Shown: positions 38,572 through 48,783 of the stretch, one piece after another
Layout: each line of letters begins with the position of its first letter
Position numbering within the stretch: position 1 is the stretch's first letter
Origin: Fimbriimonadia bacterium
GTDB taxonomy: Bacteria; Armatimonadota; Fimbriimonadia; Fimbriimonadales; JABRVX01
Length of the DNA: 64,000 nucleotides
Assembly (NCBI GenBank): GCA_039961735.1
Contig: JABRVX010000044.1
Coordinates: 3,212-67,211, forward strand
Reading direction: 5' to 3'
Translations under genes and position numbers: made by a program
The notes under the pieces: model-generated
What the model saw: only the letters and a program-made list of their open reading frames with translations
The model's database searches: none
What the model was told of the DNA's origin: nothing

Positions 38572-38690
38572 GATGTTCCTACCCTATTGCCTGATCGCTG
38601 AACCATCACTCCTATTGTGGGCCCACCGAGCCGCCGAGCAGAAGTTGGCAGGCCAAACTGGGACGCTACGCTGCGGGTATCCTGCTCCGC

Positions 38691-39545
38691 GTGAGCGAGC
38701 AGATGTCGCCAGAAGAACTGCGCCGCTGGTACGAGCTAGAGAAGCGCTTGGCCAAGCGCGTGATGGAGTCCACGAAGGAGAACCGGGCGCAAGTGGTCAA
38801 GGAAACCTACGCAGAGCTATTCCGCGAGGTGCCGAACCATCCGCAGGTGACGCTCGGCGGCACCGAGCAGGCAATGCACCGCATTCAGATCGGCTTCTAC
38901 CGCCAGGTACTCGGGCGAGGGCTCCGGGTACTGGAGGTGGGCTGCGGCATCGGCGTTCTCGCCAAGGCGCTCGCCCCCCAGTGCGAGCACTACGTGGCTC
39001 TCGATGCCACCGAAGACGTCTTGAAGCTCGCGGGCTCCGGGCATTCGAACCTCGAGTTCGTGCTCGGCGACGCCGTGGAGCCGGACTTCCCGCCCAACTC
39101 TTTCGATGCCGTGATCAGCGGACAGGTCATCGAGCACCTTCATCCCGACGACATCCCCGACCACCTGGACGCCGTATGGAGACTGCTCAGGCCAGGAGGG
39201 CGCTATCTCTTCGACACGCCCTGTGGGCTCACGGGACCACATGACGTGTCCCGGCACTTCGATGAGGTCGCTACGGGATTTCATTTGAAGGAGTGGCGGT
39301 ACCGAGAGATGGTCCCGCTGCTGCTGCAACACGGGTTCACCCGTGTGCGCTCACCGATGCTGGTTCCGAGACTGATGAGCCGAGCGGGACCTCTCCTCTC
39401 CATTCTGCTATGGCCTGCCGGAGCAAAGATCCGCTGTGAAGCGGTACTCGAGCGAGTAGGCAATCGCAAAGTCCGGCGGGTCCTGGCAAAGGCGATCGGC
39501 GTGGACAACCTCTGGATCATCGCGACCAAGGCTGAAAGGCGCTGA
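38691..39545 (+). CDS. Class I SAM-dependent methyltransferase
   Basis: VLEVGCGIG, GDA, FDAVISGQVIEHL, LRPGG. Confidence 0.88.
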   Translation: MSEQMSPEELRRWYELEKRLAKRVMESTKENRAQVVKETYAELFREVPNHPQVTLGGTEQAMHRIQIGFYRQVLGRGLRVLEVGCGIGVLAKALAPQCEHYVALDATEDVLKLAGSGHSNLEFVLGDAVEPDFPPNSFDAVISGQVIEHLHPDDIPDHLDAVWRLLRPGGRYLFDTPCGLTGPHDVSRHFDEVATGFHLKEWRYREMVPLLLQHGFTRVRSPMLVPRLMSRAGPLLSILLWPAGAKIRCEAVLERVGNRKVRRVLAKAIGVDNLWIIATKAERR

Positions 39546-39571
39546 GGGCGGTTCGGCTCCTCGCTTCCCGA

Positions 39572-40087
39572 CTAGCGGCTTAGCGAGACTAGGTGCTGCC
39601 TGAGCAGCCGGCGAGCGGCGCTTAGCTCGTTCGTGAGATGAGATTTGGTCAGCCCTCGACCCTGGCAAATCTCGCGATAGCTGTAACCATGAATGTAGTG
39701 GCTGCAGACGAGCAGGCGAAGTGGCACCGGCAAGCGCCTGAGACATTCACAGAGGTCCATGCTTCTCAGGGCCACATCCTCGAGCCCCTCGACCACGGGC
39801 CCATCCTCCCCCTTCGAAAGGGATATGCTGGGTATGGCTTGAGATCGCCAGTGAGCGTAGGCGCGCTGCGCGATCCGACACAACCAGGTGCTCAGCCTCG
39901 CGTCACCCCGAAAGCTGGGCATTGAGCGCAGCGCCACCAAGAGCGTATCCTGCACTAGGTCCTCGGCATCCTCGACCGACGCGCCGAGACTACGGAGGTA
40001 GCGGACAACATACGGCCGGCACGCAACTAGGGCCGCCACTGGCTCGACGGAGTAGGGCACCCGTACTGCTGCACTCGCCTTGGACAT
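39572..40087 (-). CDS. ECF (group 4) sigma factor
   Basis: [22 protein letters not shown], region-4-like GYSYREI; AAGGGAG before ATG 40087. Confidence 0.8.
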   Translation of the reverse strand: MSKASAAVRVPYSVEPVAALVACRPYVVRYLRSLGASVEDAEDLVQDTLLVALRSMPSFRGDARLSTWLCRIAQRAYAHWRSQAIPSISLSKGEDGPVVEGLEDVALRSMDLCECLRRLPVPLRLLVCSHYIHGYSYREICQGRGLTKSHLTNELSAARRLLRQHLVSLSR

Positions 40088-40252
40088 CGCGGCCAACTCC
40101 CTTTTGGCTGGACCGTACCCCAAAAAATGCCTGCAAGCCACCGAGCGGGTTAAAACATCTCGGTTCTAGACCGCTCTAACTAGTGTACCAAAGTATTCTC
40201 CTGTTTGCCACCTCCTGGACGGAATCTGAGTGCTCAGCAGACGGGAGGACTT

Positions 40253-40885
40253 ATGACAGTCCGAATGAAAGGTCAGATGATCGCGCTGGCCGCGATTGTG
40301 CTATTGCCCTTGACGGCACAGGCCTATTTCGACAAGGTCCTGGACTCGCGGGACAACCTCGATCCGAGGTTCCCCATTACGCAGCCGATCTCCACGTGGT
40401 GGCACGAGCTGTGGCCAAACTACAGCAACGTGTATCACTTGAGTAGCTGGTATGACAATGGGGATGGGTACCTCAGCGAGAGTGACATCATAGATATCAC
40501 CGACGCAACCGGCATCGTTAGCTGGTGGCACGTCGACCTGGTCACCATCACCATTTGGCTCACACCAAAGGGTGGAGGTCCTGGTGGGCCCTGCGACTTC
40601 ATGGGTGACGGTAACCTGCGTGATATCATGCACAATCCGGTCAGCTCGTGGTGGGAGTGGATTCCCCCGGGCAGCGGCGGATTCCACCTGTCGTCCTGGG
40701 ACGACAACGGAGACGGGTATCTGTCCGAAAGCGACCAGATTGATATCTATGAGAACGGCCAGATTACGTACTGGCACGTCGATCGGGTGACCACGAACAT
40801 CTGGATCTCCCCTGAGCCTAGCAGCTTTGCTGCAGTCGGAGCGGGACTTCTCGGTCTAGTGGCCCTTCGCCGACGGCGCAAGTAA
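40253..40885 (+). CDS. PEP-CTERM protein with a duplicated HLSSWxDNGDG domain
   Basis: GGAGG before ATG; signal peptide; two repeats; ISPEPSSFAAVGAGLLGLVALRRRK tail. Confidence 0.85.
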   Translation: MTVRMKGQMIALAAIVLLPLTAQAYFDKVLDSRDNLDPRFPITQPISTWWHELWPNYSNVYHLSSWYDNGDGYLSESDIIDITDATGIVSWWHVDLVTITIWLTPKGGGPGGPCDFMGDGNLRDIMHNPVSSWWEWIPPGSGGFHLSSWDDNGDGYLSESDQIDIYENGQITYWHVDRVTTNIWISPEPSSFAAVGAGLLGLVALRRRRK

Positions 40886-41015
40886 CAGCGGAGCACGTCG
40901 GCCTCACGGTCACTGCGCTAGCCGGGCCGCAGACGCCGATATCGGAGTATGCATAGACGATTGGGACGACCTCGTGTCGTCCCAATCGGGTTCGTGTGTG
41001 TAAAGGGGTAGAGCG

Positions 41016-43049
41016 ATGAGACTGATGGGAGCCATTCTGTGCACGGCGGTGGCTGCGTGCCTCTGTGCCGACGGGTACCTGTGGATCAGTTGCGAGCACG
41101 CGGCACCCTACTCCATCTACCGCTACAACCTCCGCACCCGTACGATCGACCGTATCGTCACCCTCAGCCTCGTCGAAGCCCGCGTATATAACAACTTGAC
41201 CTACGACGGTACGCATCTATATGCTGGCACGAACTCCACCGACTTGTTCGCCAAGCTGAACCCCTACACGGGCAGGGTGCGGCAGGTGTCATCCTACAAT
41301 CCACCGCAACCGTACCTCGCTTATGAGGACGGTGCCTACAACCCCGCCACCGACACGCTATGGCGTGCCGGCATGGACTTGATCGAAACAGACAGGCAAG
41401 GCAACGTTCTACGCATCTACCCCTACACGGGCCAGCTGTACGGGCTCGCATGGGTCAACGGCACGCTTTGGGCTACGGACTTCACACGACTTGGGTATCT
41501 CACGCTCGACACTGGCAGCGTGGTCTTCAACCCGGTCACCGTAGCAGGCCTGCCGGGAATCAAGGTAGCGCTCGCCTACGATCCCACCGAGCGACTCCTG
41601 TACATGACATCGCTCGACTGGCCCACACAGATGATGACTCTGCACGCCATCAACCTGGACACAATGACATCGTGGCAAGCGACCAACCTGAGCTATCTCG
41701 GCTACCCGGTGGGCTGGAACAACGCCGATGCTATGGACTGGGTACCACCGGAGCCACACGATTGGGCCGCACGCTACGACGGGCCCCTAAGCAACTGGGA
41801 CCGTCCGTCGGACCTGGCCGTAGACTCCAAGGGTAACTCCTACATCACCGGCTACGTCACCGTTGGCACCGGTGACTGGGACATGGTCACCGTCAAGTAC
41901 GGGCCGGTCGGCAACTTGCTGTGGCAGACGACCTACACCGGGGCGGGCTCCGATGCTGGCTCCGCGGTGGCTTTGATGCCGGATGGAGGAGCAGTGTCAG
42001 TCGGTCGCTCGGTCGGCAACGGCACGGACTGGGACGTAGTGACAATCCGCTACTCGCCGACCGGGCAGGAGCTGTGGGTACGTCGGTACGACGGACCGAC
42101 GAGCGAAGTGGACTTCGGCACGGCAGTCACCACGGACGCCGACGGAAACGTGTACGTCGCGGGCCACTCGATGGGCGATGACAGCGGCCCGGACTACGTG
42201 GTCCTCAAGTACGATGTCTTCGGCAACCTCCTGTGGGAAAGACGCTACACGAACGGTGCGCGTGATGTTCCCATTGCCATCGCGCTCGACCCCGACGGCA
42301 ACGTGCTCGTCGCGGGATGGAGCGGCAGTGTAAACGGCCTCGACTACTTGGTCGTGAAGTACTCCAACGAGGGCGATCCGCTTTGGCAGGCGCGCTATGA
42401 CGGACCCGGGCACTGGGACGATGTACTCCGCGCAATGGTGATTGACGGAGCAGGCAACGTATACATCACCGGCCGAAGCTGGGGCGACGGCGTGAGTTGG
42501 GACTTCGGCACTGTCAAGTACTCTCCAAATGGCGACGAGCTGTGGGTGCGAAGAGTAAACGCGAATGGCGCGAATCCTGACGAGGCCAACGATCTCGCCC
42601 TCACGCCCGATGGAGTGGTAGTGACGGGTTGGAGCACTACCACGAATCCAGACATCTGGACCGTCAGCTACAGCGCAACCGGTGACCTGCTTTGGGAGCG
42701 AAGCTGGAAAGGCCCTGTGGACGGCTACGACCGCGGCGAAGCAGTTGCCGCGGATGCAGACGGCAATGTGTACGTAACGGGGCGATGTCAGGGCGTGCTG
42801 GGCGCGCAAGACTGGGATGCGGTGACGCTCAAGTACAACCGGATGGGCACACTGATATGGGCACGGCTGTACAACGGTCCCGGCGACGCAGACGATGGAG
42901 CAGAAAAGATCGCCCTAGGCCCCAGTGGGCACGCCTTCGTGTGCGGCTCGAGTCAGGGCGACGGAACCAGCTTCGACTGGCTTCTCTTGCGCTACTCGGA
43001 TAAGCCCTACGTGGGTATCGGCAAGTTCCCGCCACCTGCCGCGAACTAA
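41016..43049 (+). CDS. Secreted double beta-propeller protein with SBBP-like repeats
   Basis: Signal peptide; repeated DxxGNVYVxG / D..T.KY...G..LW...Y.G blades in the C-terminal half. Confidence 0.8.
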   Translation: MRLMGAILCTAVAACLCADGYLWISCEHAAPYSIYRYNLRTRTIDRIVTLSLVEARVYNNLTYDGTHLYAGTNSTDLFAKLNPYTGRVRQVSSYNPPQPYLAYEDGAYNPATDTLWRAGMDLIETDRQGNVLRIYPYTGQLYGLAWVNGTLWATDFTRLGYLTLDTGSVVFNPVTVAGLPGIKVALAYDPTERLLYMTSLDWPTQMMTLHAINLDTMTSWQATNLSYLGYPVGWNNADAMDWVPPEPHDWAARYDGPLSNWDRPSDLAVDSKGNSYITGYVTVGTGDWDMVTVKYGPVGNLLWQTTYTGAGSDAGSAVALMPDGGAVSVGRSVGNGTDWDVVTIRYSPTGQELWVRRYDGPTSEVDFGTAVTTDADGNVYVAGHSMGDDSGPDYVVLKYDVFGNLLWERRYTNGARDVPIAIALDPDGNVLVAGWSGSVNGLDYLVVKYSNEGDPLWQARYDGPGHWDDVLRAMVIDGAGNVYITGRSWGDGVSWDFGTVKYSPNGDELWVRRVNANGANPDEANDLALTPDGVVVTGWSTTTNPDIWTVSYSATGDLLWERSWKGPVDGYDRGEAVAADADGNVYVTGRCQGVLGAQDWDAVTLKYNRMGTLIWARLYNGPGDADDGAEKIALGPSGHAFVCGSSQGDGTSFDWLLLRYSDKPYVGIGKFPPPAAN

Positions 43050-43849
43050 CCCGAGACCCTAAGCACCCAGGGAAACAGATCTTCGCCGAACTCCGCCCCA
43101 TCCTCGAGATGGATGTGCTTCTTCAAGTAGTGCTCGCCCGCCGCTCGGTAGCGACAAGCTCCCGACATGTAGTGCCCAATCACCGCCCGTCTCGAACGGT
43201 CCGTCCGGTTGATAGAGGTGCCATGGAAAGTGAGTGCGTGATGGAACGTGCAATGGCCGGCCTTGGTCGGTAGCGCCACGATCTCCAGCTTCTCGCCCAC
43301 CGGCGCGTTCGCCTCGCGCAGCAACGACTCGAAGTCACTGCCGAAGTCCACGGTCGGGAAGAGACCCCACGTGTGACTGCGCGGCACGAACAGCATGCAG
43401 CCGTTCTCCTCGGTGGCATCGTCCAGCGGCATCCAGCAGGTAACCATCTCGGGACGGTCCACGATCTGCCAGTACATGTAATCCTGGTGCCACGGAACCA
43501 CGTTGCCGCCGCCGGGTGGCTTGATGAGAATCTGGTCGTGGAAAAGCCGCAGTTCATTTGCCCCCAGTAGCTGAGCACACGCCTCAGCCACTCTGCCTCC
43601 GAGGATATGATCCCGAATGACGCCGTCCGCCTGCCAAGCATTCAGCGTCTGCGTCACCGCCTTGGCCTCTAGGCCTTCCTTGGTCGGCAGTCCGACCGTG
43701 TACTCCGCCTGTCGCTCCGACTCGCCTCGCAGCACGCGGGCGACAGCGTCGCGCATAGCCTCCAACTGCGAATCATCGAGCAGCTTCGGCCCTTGAACGA
43801 AGCCGTTCTCACGAAAGAAAGCAACCTGCTCAGCACTCAGCATTCGCAT
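43046..43849 (-). CDS. Phytanoyl-CoA dioxygenase-family Fe(II)/2-oxoglutarate oxygenase
   Basis: WHQD, WMPLDDATEENGCM, HHALTFHG (HxD...H). Confidence 0.87.
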   Translation of the reverse strand: MRMLSAEQVAFFRENGFVQGPKLLDDSQLEAMRDAVARVLRGESERQAEYTVGLPTKEGLEAKAVTQTLNAWQADGVIRDHILGGRVAEACAQLLGANELRLFHDQILIKPPGGGNVVPWHQDYMYWQIVDRPEMVTCWMPLDDATEENGCMLFVPRSHTWGLFPTVDFGSDFESLLREANAPVGEKLEIVALPTKAGHCTFHHALTFHGTSINRTDRSRRAVIGHYMSGACRYRAAGEHYLKKHIHLEDGAEFGEDLFPWVLRVSG

Positions 43850-43907
43850 CCCCCCTCTGAGCGAATGAGGCCAAAGATACCCCGACGGCAAGGGGCGATG
43901 CGACAGC

Positions 43908-46391
43908 TTATCCACTACTCTCGCCGGGCTTGGTCCTCTGCTCCTCGATATCCTTCACTGCCTGCAGTGCGGTCTCGTTGTCCGGGAAACGCTCCAGCAC
44001 CTTGCGGTAGACATCCAGGGCTTCCAACGGCTTCCCGTTCTCACGCAGCAAGTTGGCGTATTTCAGCATTGCCCACGAGTCGTTCGGGTGGTTCTCCGAG
44101 TACAGCCTGAACGCATCGAGAGCCTGCTGCGGAGTACCGCGCTCCTCGGCCAGCAGGCAATACGCGCGGAGAGCAGCGATGTTCGTCGGATCCATTCGGG
44201 ACGTTCTTGCATAGGCTTCTATCGCCTCGGGCCACTGCTCGAGATTGACGTGCGCCTTTGCCAACGCGAGCCAGGCTCCGCGAGAGAGCGGCGCGGCGTC
44301 TACGCGGCTCTTCGCGACCGCGAGTGCCTCCGCCTCCTTGCCGACGGTCGGAGCGAAGTCAGCAAGCCGCTGGACGGCCACGTCCTCCGGGCTGCCCTTT
44401 CGTGCTCGCGGCAAAAGCTCGTTCCAGAAACCCAGATTGTCTCCGCGCGCCGCGTAGTAGCGGGACAGCAACGTATAACCACCCAGCTCGTCCGGTGCGA
44501 TGTCGAGCAGCTCGCGAGCCTCTGCAAGCCACGCACCCAGCTTCTTCTGCTGCTCATAGATCTCCGCCAGGCGCATTCTGGGGTAGGAGTTGCGGGGTTC
44601 CAGCCGCTTGATTTCCGCAAACTGGGCTGCCGCCCCATCGAGGTCCCCATCGCTCATCAGAAACACGCCGTAGCCGCTGCGCAGAAGCGTATCGTTCGGC
44701 TGGGTGGCAACCCGCTCCGCCCATACCTTCTTCGCCTCTTCCTTGCGACCGCTGCGGTACAGCAAGTTCGGGATTTGCGGAAAGTCGGCAGAGGGGTTCT
44801 TTGAGGTGGAGAGCAGATCCCACGCGTATTTCACCGCGCCGTCCACGTCGCCCATGCGCTCGAGCACACGCACGAGCTGCGCCAGCACGATCTCGGTCCT
44901 TTTGTGACCGAGCGACTCCTCATAGACCGCCTTGGCCTTGTCGAGTTGATCGGCACGCTCGTAGTAGGCTCCCAGCGACAGCCACGGAGACGGATCCTGC
45001 GGGTTCTTCTCCGCCAAAGAGCGCAGGTGAGCGATTGCCTCGTCTGTCCTGCCCGCTTTGATCAGCACCTCGCCAATCGAAACCTGTGCGGCTCGGTCCT
45101 GCGGATCGAGTCGTGCAAGCCGCCGGAGCTGCGCAAGCGCGGCGTCGTAGTCCCCTCTCGCCTCGGAGAAGAGCGCGAAAGCCCTCAGACCTTCGACATC
45201 GTTGGGGAAGGCCTCGAGGTGTCGCCGGTACTCACGCGCAGCCGCAGCGTCGTCCCTCCCTTGCCTGTAGATCTCGCAGACCTGGCGGGACGGATACGGG
45301 TCCTGCGGCACGTTCTCCATCCATTTGCGATAGAGGCGGATGAGTGGGCTGTGCGCCTGCGCCTTGAGATGTAGCTCTTCGAGCCCTAAGTACGCTGCAG
45401 TGTTCCGCGGGTCCACGAGAAGAACCGCTTCGAACTGCTCCTTGGCCTGTTCGGTGCGCCCGAGCTTGACGGCGACGACGGCCAGCCGGTTCTCGATCTC
45501 CGGATTCCGCGGGCTCAGTTCTCGAGCCACGAGATATTGCGTCTCCGCCTCGGCCCACATCTCACGGCGTGCAAAGACGTCTCCTTGCTCGATTCGAAGG
45601 AGCCTGTTGCGAGGGTAGGTGCGGATCATCTTGGCCAGCAACTGCACGGCGTCTTCGATGCGCTCCGACTGCTCGTACAACCGAGCGAGCAGTACGGCAA
45701 TCTCGATGTTCTCGGGCATCAGCGCGTGCGCTTTCTCCAGAGCGGCGACCCCTGCAACGGTGTTACCGCCTCCGAGGTGAGCCTCTGCGAGCGCCTGCCA
45801 TATGACGGGCTCCTTCGGGTTCCGCTGGCCCGCCTTCGTCAGAAGGGCAATCGCCTCGTTCCTCATACCCAAGTGAAGTTGGACAGACGCGAGCAGGAAC
45901 AACACCTCTACGTCATCGGGAGACTTCCGGTGCGCCGCCTGCAAGTCGGAAAGCGCACCCTTCATGTCGCTTCGCCCGATCTTGATGGCAGCACGAACGT
46001 ACAGGTAGCTGGAGCTGCTCCGCAGGTCCTTCGGTACACGGGACAGCGCCTGTTCCGCCTCATTCACACGTAGCGCCTGAGCATGGACCGACGCGATCTT
46101 CAGCCACACGTGGCCGTTGTTCGGCTGCAATGCCGCCGCTCGACGAAGGTGATACGCGGACTTGTCCGCCTCCCCATTAGCCACATAGGCGGACGCCAGG
46201 TTCAGGTGAGCCGGCACGTAGCTCTCGCGCGCATGGAGCAGCTTGCGGTACTGAGTTATGGCGGTCGGGAAGTCGCCTACACGCTGTGCATTGACTGCGG
46301 CATCGTACAGACTCTGCTCGGCGCTCGTCAGCTTCTGCGCGAAGGCGCAGGCGGACAGACACAGTGCGGCGATGAGCAACCCACGAATCAT
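43908..46391 (-). CDS. Secreted multi-TPR protein (827 aa)
   Basis: Signal peptide followed by many TPR-like units along the whole length. Confidence 0.85.
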   Translation of the reverse strand: MIRGLLIAALCLSACAFAQKLTSAEQSLYDAAVNAQRVGDFPTAITQYRKLLHARESYVPAHLNLASAYVANGEADKSAYHLRRAAALQPNNGHVWLKIASVHAQALRVNEAEQALSRVPKDLRSSSSYLYVRAAIKIGRSDMKGALSDLQAAHRKSPDDVEVLFLLASVQLHLGMRNEAIALLTKAGQRNPKEPVIWQALAEAHLGGGNTVAGVAALEKAHALMPENIEIAVLLARLYEQSERIEDAVQLLAKMIRTYPRNRLLRIEQGDVFARREMWAEAETQYLVARELSPRNPEIENRLAVVAVKLGRTEQAKEQFEAVLLVDPRNTAAYLGLEELHLKAQAHSPLIRLYRKWMENVPQDPYPSRQVCEIYRQGRDDAAAAREYRRHLEAFPNDVEGLRAFALFSEARGDYDAALAQLRRLARLDPQDRAAQVSIGEVLIKAGRTDEAIAHLRSLAEKNPQDPSPWLSLGAYYERADQLDKAKAVYEESLGHKRTEIVLAQLVRVLERMGDVDGAVKYAWDLLSTSKNPSADFPQIPNLLYRSGRKEEAKKVWAERVATQPNDTLLRSGYGVFLMSDGDLDGAAAQFAEIKRLEPRNSYPRMRLAEIYEQQKKLGAWLAEARELLDIAPDELGGYTLLSRYYAARGDNLGFWNELLPRARKGSPEDVAVQRLADFAPTVGKEAEALAVAKSRVDAAPLSRGAWLALAKAHVNLEQWPEAIEAYARTSRMDPTNIAALRAYCLLAEERGTPQQALDAFRLYSENHPNDSWAMLKYANLLRENGKPLEALDVYRKVLERFPDNETALQAVKDIEEQRTKPGESSG

Positions 46392-46579
46392 GCTCGGGTC
46401 ATCCTTTCCATCGAGAGTCAGACGCTCGTGCGCCCCTGCGGGTTCGGCTGGGAGCGGCGCTACTCGCTCGGACTGTGGATGCTACCCGACCGAACCTTCG
46501 ATTGCTCTCTCGTTCTGTCGGTCCGACCGATTCCGCTACGGGAAGATGCAAATCGGCAGCGGAAGACCGATATTTAGGT

Positions 46580-46585
46580 TATAAT
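46580..46585 (+). promoter_or_regulatory. consensus -10 (TATAAT)
   Basis: TATAAT about 55 nt upstream of the small ORF at 46641. Confidence 0.5.
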
Positions 46586-46640
46586 GAGTAAGTACCTTCG
46601 GCAATGGGGCCTGGGTATGTGCACGAAGGAGGTGCAATAG

Positions 46641-46838
46641 ATGGATACCGCTCGAAACGGACAACACCGGCAGAGGCCCACTGTCCCATTCTCAGCGGCC
46701 TCCGCGGGCGTACGCGACGACGCGTGTCTGGCCCCGCAGAACATTGGGAACGCATCGGTGATCGGCAGAGACTTCGACCTGCGAGAGGAGCTTCGAAAAC
46801 GTCGCCTAGCCGCGGCAAAGAAGGCTGCGAGCGGCTAG
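46641..46838 (+). CDS. Small hypothetical protein (65 aa)
   Basis: AAGGAGGT 7 nt before the ATG; upstream TATAAT; basic C-terminus. Confidence 0.5.
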   Translation: MDTARNGQHRQRPTVPFSAASAGVRDDACLAPQNIGNASVIGRDFDLREELRKRRLAAAKKAASG

Positions 46839-47046
46839 GCGCTTCACTCCTCTGGGACCGAGGGGCTCTGGCAAGGAGTTTCACACAGCCTGCGCAACAC
46901 CGAAGCGGCGGTGCCACACCGCCGCTTCGGGCTGTGCGTTCACGCTCTATGCCTTGACGTTTGGGCTGCCGACTTGTCGCTCTGGCCACGGTCAGCGAGC
47001 CTCAGCAGCCGAACGCCGGGCTTATCTCACGTATGATGCCTGCCCC

Positions 47047-48549
47047 CTACGGATCGCCCTCCTTGCCGAAGTTCAGCAGCACGATGTTCAGGTCGGACAG
47101 CCCGACCACGCCGTCACCGTTCAGGTCCGTCCCGGGATTGCTCGTACCGAACTGCAGGAGGATCATGTTCAGGTCGGACAGGCCGACCAGGTTGTCGCCG
47201 TCCGGGTCTCCGTTCGTCTGGGTGAAGTTCGCCACGTTGGTGCCGAGGATGATGACCTTGTTGGCGCTCACTTGCCTCAGGAAACCAGGGAACTTGAGGG
47301 CAAGGTCGAAGGTGCCCTGTGCTACGCTCGGCACGCTGTAGTTGCCGCTGCCATCCAGTGTGATGCCGTACGAGTGCAGCACCGTCTGCGTGCCGGGCTG
47401 GCGGAACTGGAGCGTAGCGGTGCGGCCCGTCGGGTCTGCAAGGAAGGTCAGGCTTACGTTACCGCTTAGCGACGCAGTCGTCGCACCCTGGAGCTTCGTG
47501 TAGTACCACAGATCGTCCACACCTCGAATGAACACCACGTCGTTCACTCGCACGATGCGTCCGGTATAGTGAACGTCACCCGGCAACTTCCCCACCGTCC
47601 ACTGGAGCGTGGTTAAGTTCAGCCGTGCCCAATCGTCGGTCGGGTCTCCCCAACCCTCGTGGGACACGTCGCCCGTCGAGCCACGGATGAGCCAAAGCTC
47701 GGGATGACCGCTGGGCGAAAGGCTGGCGGGGATGTACTCGATGGACTGGCCATATCCGCACTGCCAGTCGTACGGCTTGTCCACCAGCTTGTCAACGCTG
47801 TTGTCTTTGGCCACACCGGTCCAGGTGTAGATGACTTCGCCCGAGCTGACGCCGGGCTCCCAGTCGTTGTGTGTCGCGTAGTAACGACCGTTGCCGTCGG
47901 TCGCGAGATCCTCGTTGCGGGAAACCCACTTGGGAGCACTGACACCTTGGAAGCCCAGGTTGTACCAAGTGTTCATATAGTTGTTGTCATACGTCTGGGC
48001 ATTCCAGTCGAACTGGACCCACCAATCTCCCGCGTGCCACACACCGACGCCGACACCTGGGTTGGCAGGGTCCATGTGCAGCGCATTGCCCGTGTGGTTC
48101 ATGGCCGTGAGGTCGTAGCCGGGGTTCATCGGATCCTCCAGCACTTCCCACGTGTCGTAGTTCGTGTCGTATCGCATCACGCACCGTCGCCAATCGCCGG
48201 CAGGGTGGTTCTGCGAAGCACCGATCGTATAGAAGTAGCCGTCCTGATACGCCAGTTTGCCGGTCACGCCGCCCGCCCAAGGCACCGTGATCGGTCGTGG
48301 GGGGTCGGAGAGCTGAGTCCAAAGACCGTAGCTCGGGTCGTTGGGATCGAAGTCGTACCGGTAGAACTTGCCTTCGCGGACCCATTCTTGGTCGAACACG
48401 ACGAAAAGCGTAGTGCCGTCAGTGCCGATGCGGTTCACCTTGTAGCCAGGGTCGCTCAGGGCTCCGTAAAGCACGTCCCAGGTGACATCGGCGGCTGCGA
48501 ACTGGACCGGCATCAGGGCGAGGCCGCACAGCAGGTGCAAAGGTCTCAT
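47047..48549 (-). CDS. Secreted Kelch-like propeller protein with Ig-like + dockerin-like C-terminal module
   Basis: MRPLHLLCGLALMPVQFAAA leader; RYD...W blades; tail GDPDGDNLVGLSDL...DLNGDGVVGLSDLNIVLLNFGKEGDP. Confidence 0.82.
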   Translation of the reverse strand: MRPLHLLCGLALMPVQFAAADVTWDVLYGALSDPGYKVNRIGTDGTTLFVVFDQEWVREGKFYRYDFDPNDPSYGLWTQLSDPPRPITVPWAGGVTGKLAYQDGYFYTIGASQNHPAGDWRRCVMRYDTNYDTWEVLEDPMNPGYDLTAMNHTGNALHMDPANPGVGVGVWHAGDWWVQFDWNAQTYDNNYMNTWYNLGFQGVSAPKWVSRNEDLATDGNGRYYATHNDWEPGVSSGEVIYTWTGVAKDNSVDKLVDKPYDWQCGYGQSIEYIPASLSPSGHPELWLIRGSTGDVSHEGWGDPTDDWARLNLTTLQWTVGKLPGDVHYTGRIVRVNDVVFIRGVDDLWYYTKLQGATTASLSGNVSLTFLADPTGRTATLQFRQPGTQTVLHSYGITLDGSGNYSVPSVAQGTFDLALKFPGFLRQVSANKVIILGTNVANFTQTNGDPDGDNLVGLSDLNMILLQFGTSNPGTDLNGDGVVGLSDLNIVLLNFGKEGDP

Positions 48550-48783
48550 TCGCGTCTCCTTATCCTCGTCTGCGTCCCACTCCGCCGCTGCCTTCGACGA
48601 GCGAGACTTCCACTCCATTATCACGCGGTTTTCTGAGTTCGGCAAGTCCCGGGCCCCTTTGCCTCGTGATTCCGCCGCAGCGCTCGAGACGCGACTCCGC
48701 AAGACAGCCAGCAAATCCTGGGATGACAGGCCACACATGTCTCGGCCCCCCACGGGCCGCGGAGTGGTTCGGCGGACGCCGCA

